A DNA stretch of 64,000 nucleotides from the NCBI GenBank assembly GCA_050575255.1, contig JBNZDD010013635.1, positions 2,949,356 to 3,013,355 of the forward strand. The letters are read 5' to 3'. The stretch is from Harriotta raleighana. Taxonomy: Eukaryota. Below are positions 62,474 to 64,000 of the stretch, piece after piece (the first letter of the stretch is position 1; each line of letters begins with the position of its first letter). The notes below the pieces were generated by a model, which saw nothing but the letters and a program-made list of their open reading frames with translations, searched no databases and was not told where the DNA came from. The position numbers were made by a program, and so were the translations under genes.

Positions 62474-62893
62474 ATAAGAACGTAAGAATTAGGAGCAGGA
62501 GTAAGCCATTCGGCCCCTCGAGCCTGCCCCGCCATTCAATAAGATCATGGCTGATCTAATCTAACTCCACCTATCCTCCTTATCCCCATATCCCTTAATC
62601 CCCGTATCCATAAGAAATATATCAATCTCAGTCTTAAATATGTTCAAGGATTGAGTATCTATAGCTTTTTGGGGTAGAGAATTCCATAAATTCACTATCC
62701 TCTGAATGAAGAAGTCTTTTCCTGAACTTAGTGCAAAAAGGTTGACCCCCTAATCTTAAAGCTATGACCCTTAGTTTAGTTTCTCCAACCAGGGGAAACA
62801 GTCTCCCACTGTGTACTCCATCATGCCCCTTAATAATCTTATAGGTTTCTATAAGATCACCTCTAATTCTTCTATATTCTAAAGAGTGTAGAC
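62474..62893 (-). mobile_element. 5'-truncated CR1 LINE 3' end (different subfamily, frameshifted)
   Basis: LHSLEYRRIRGDLIETYKIIKG..LFPLVGE; 3' UTR cgaggggccgaatggcttactcctgctcctaattctta. Confidence 0.9.
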
Positions 62894-63699
62894 AGAAACA
62901 GGGTAGGTACTGTATATGGAAAGAAACAGTGTAGGTATTCTGGAAGGGTGAAGGCAAATGGATTGAAAACTCTTTTCCTTTCATGATCTTGTGATGCTTG
63001 GAAACCAGTGGAAAATAGTTTCTTTCTTGGCTTCCAGCAGCAACTAAAAGCTGGATTGTTCCCAATGTCAATGTAATGCCAACAGTGAGGTGAGCACGAG
63101 ACACTTACTATTCTTGTGTTTTAGCAAAATCTGCAATCTGATGATTGACCCACATTACCACAAGAGACATTCTGCTACAAATGAGCCTTTTTTTTAACCT
63201 CAGAAGTACTGGATATTTCACAGAGATGAAACCATCTTGATCCAGTGTATAAGGGACTTCAACTAACTTTAGTAAATGCATTGCAAATGAACAAATGAGT
63301 TTGAAGTAAAACTGGCACTGCATTCAGCCTGGCTCTGGCTCTGACTTAACAAGCTGTGCGGTTCCAGAGTCATAGCAATGTGGAGGGCTTGACTCTCTCA
63401 GCCTATTGACTGTAATTAGGCTGGTTTCTGAAGAGCAATTATCCTGCAAATGAAAAACAAACAGCCTCCCGCAAATTATGTTCTTAGAGAAAAGATGTAC
63501 AGTGAAACTTAACTGCTTTGGAATTCAAAGGGCGATTCTTTAGAGCAGTAATTGCCCATATAACTTTTTTTAAATGTATATCTTTGGTAACTTAAGTCAT
63601 TTGCTGATTCAAAGGATGAACGCTGTATGTAATAGAGTTGAATAATACTCAGGGAGAGAAGGAGTGGGTGAGTGTGGGGGGATGGGGGGTGGGTGGGAG

Positions 63700-63868
63700 A
63701 ACAACAAATTTTATTCATATAGCATCTTTCACATCGGAAGAACCTCCCAAGGTGCTGTACAGTCAAGAGTTTTTACCTGATCTGGGGGTTCACATCTAGA
63801 AGTGTGAAGGGGGGATGGGGGTATGATTGAAAACACAGTCAAAGAGGAAGGTCTTGATACAACATTCA
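63700..63868 (-). mobile_element. old L2 3' end
   Basis: atagcatctttcacatcggaagaacctcccaaggtgctg...tcaaagaggaaggtcttga. Confidence 0.7.
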
Positions 63869-64000
63869 AAATGAGAATAAATAACAGCAATGGAATGGCT
63901 CAACATTGACTGCAGAAAAGGGCTGCACTTTGGGTTAAAGTAATACAGTACTCATGTACACAAATGCTGCACTGGAGTCTTTGTCAAATGCAGCCACAGT

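Noticed and set aside
62634-63104. 156-aa ORF as a gene
   Set aside because: Chance read-through from unique DNA into a frameshifted CR1 fragment
63676-63697. G-quadruplex motif
   Set aside because: Canonical G-runs but common, adjacent to an L2 tail, no functional context
1-64000. The many 60-155 aa ORFs as host genes
   Set aside because: No recognisable domains. Lengths fit chance expectation, and those with motifs derive from CR1, L2 or SINE sequence.

Overview
AT-rich vertebrate genomic DNA with no recognisable protein-coding gene, RNA gene or prokaryotic system. It reads as deep intron or gene desert. The repeat content suggests a cartilaginous fish, possibly a chimaera (inference). 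That content is CR1 and L2 LINE 3' fragments, a young tRNA-headed Deu-domain SINE with an L2-type tail, older SacSINE1/AmnSINE1-like DeuSINEs and Penelope-type inverted repeats. The only protein-like ORFs are retrotransposon ORF2 remnants (CR1 48021-48668, L2 ~58690-58950). Structures found directly in the sequence: two solo LTRs (848-1325, 2886-3830), four TA-flanked Tigger/pogo-like MITEs, an interspersed repeat I cannot name present in four diverged copies, a perfect 18-bp GAAA-capped hairpin, a decayed Penelope/hammerhead-like inverted repeat, head-to-head SINEs, several repeat-free homeodomain-motif-rich blocks resembling conserved non-coding enhancers, and three CTCF-like motifs. Six single-N positions are flanked by duplicated sequence, which points to assembly overlaps. 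I do not see convincing evidence of a new multi-gene biological system. Family names come from recalled consensus sequences, not from a database search.
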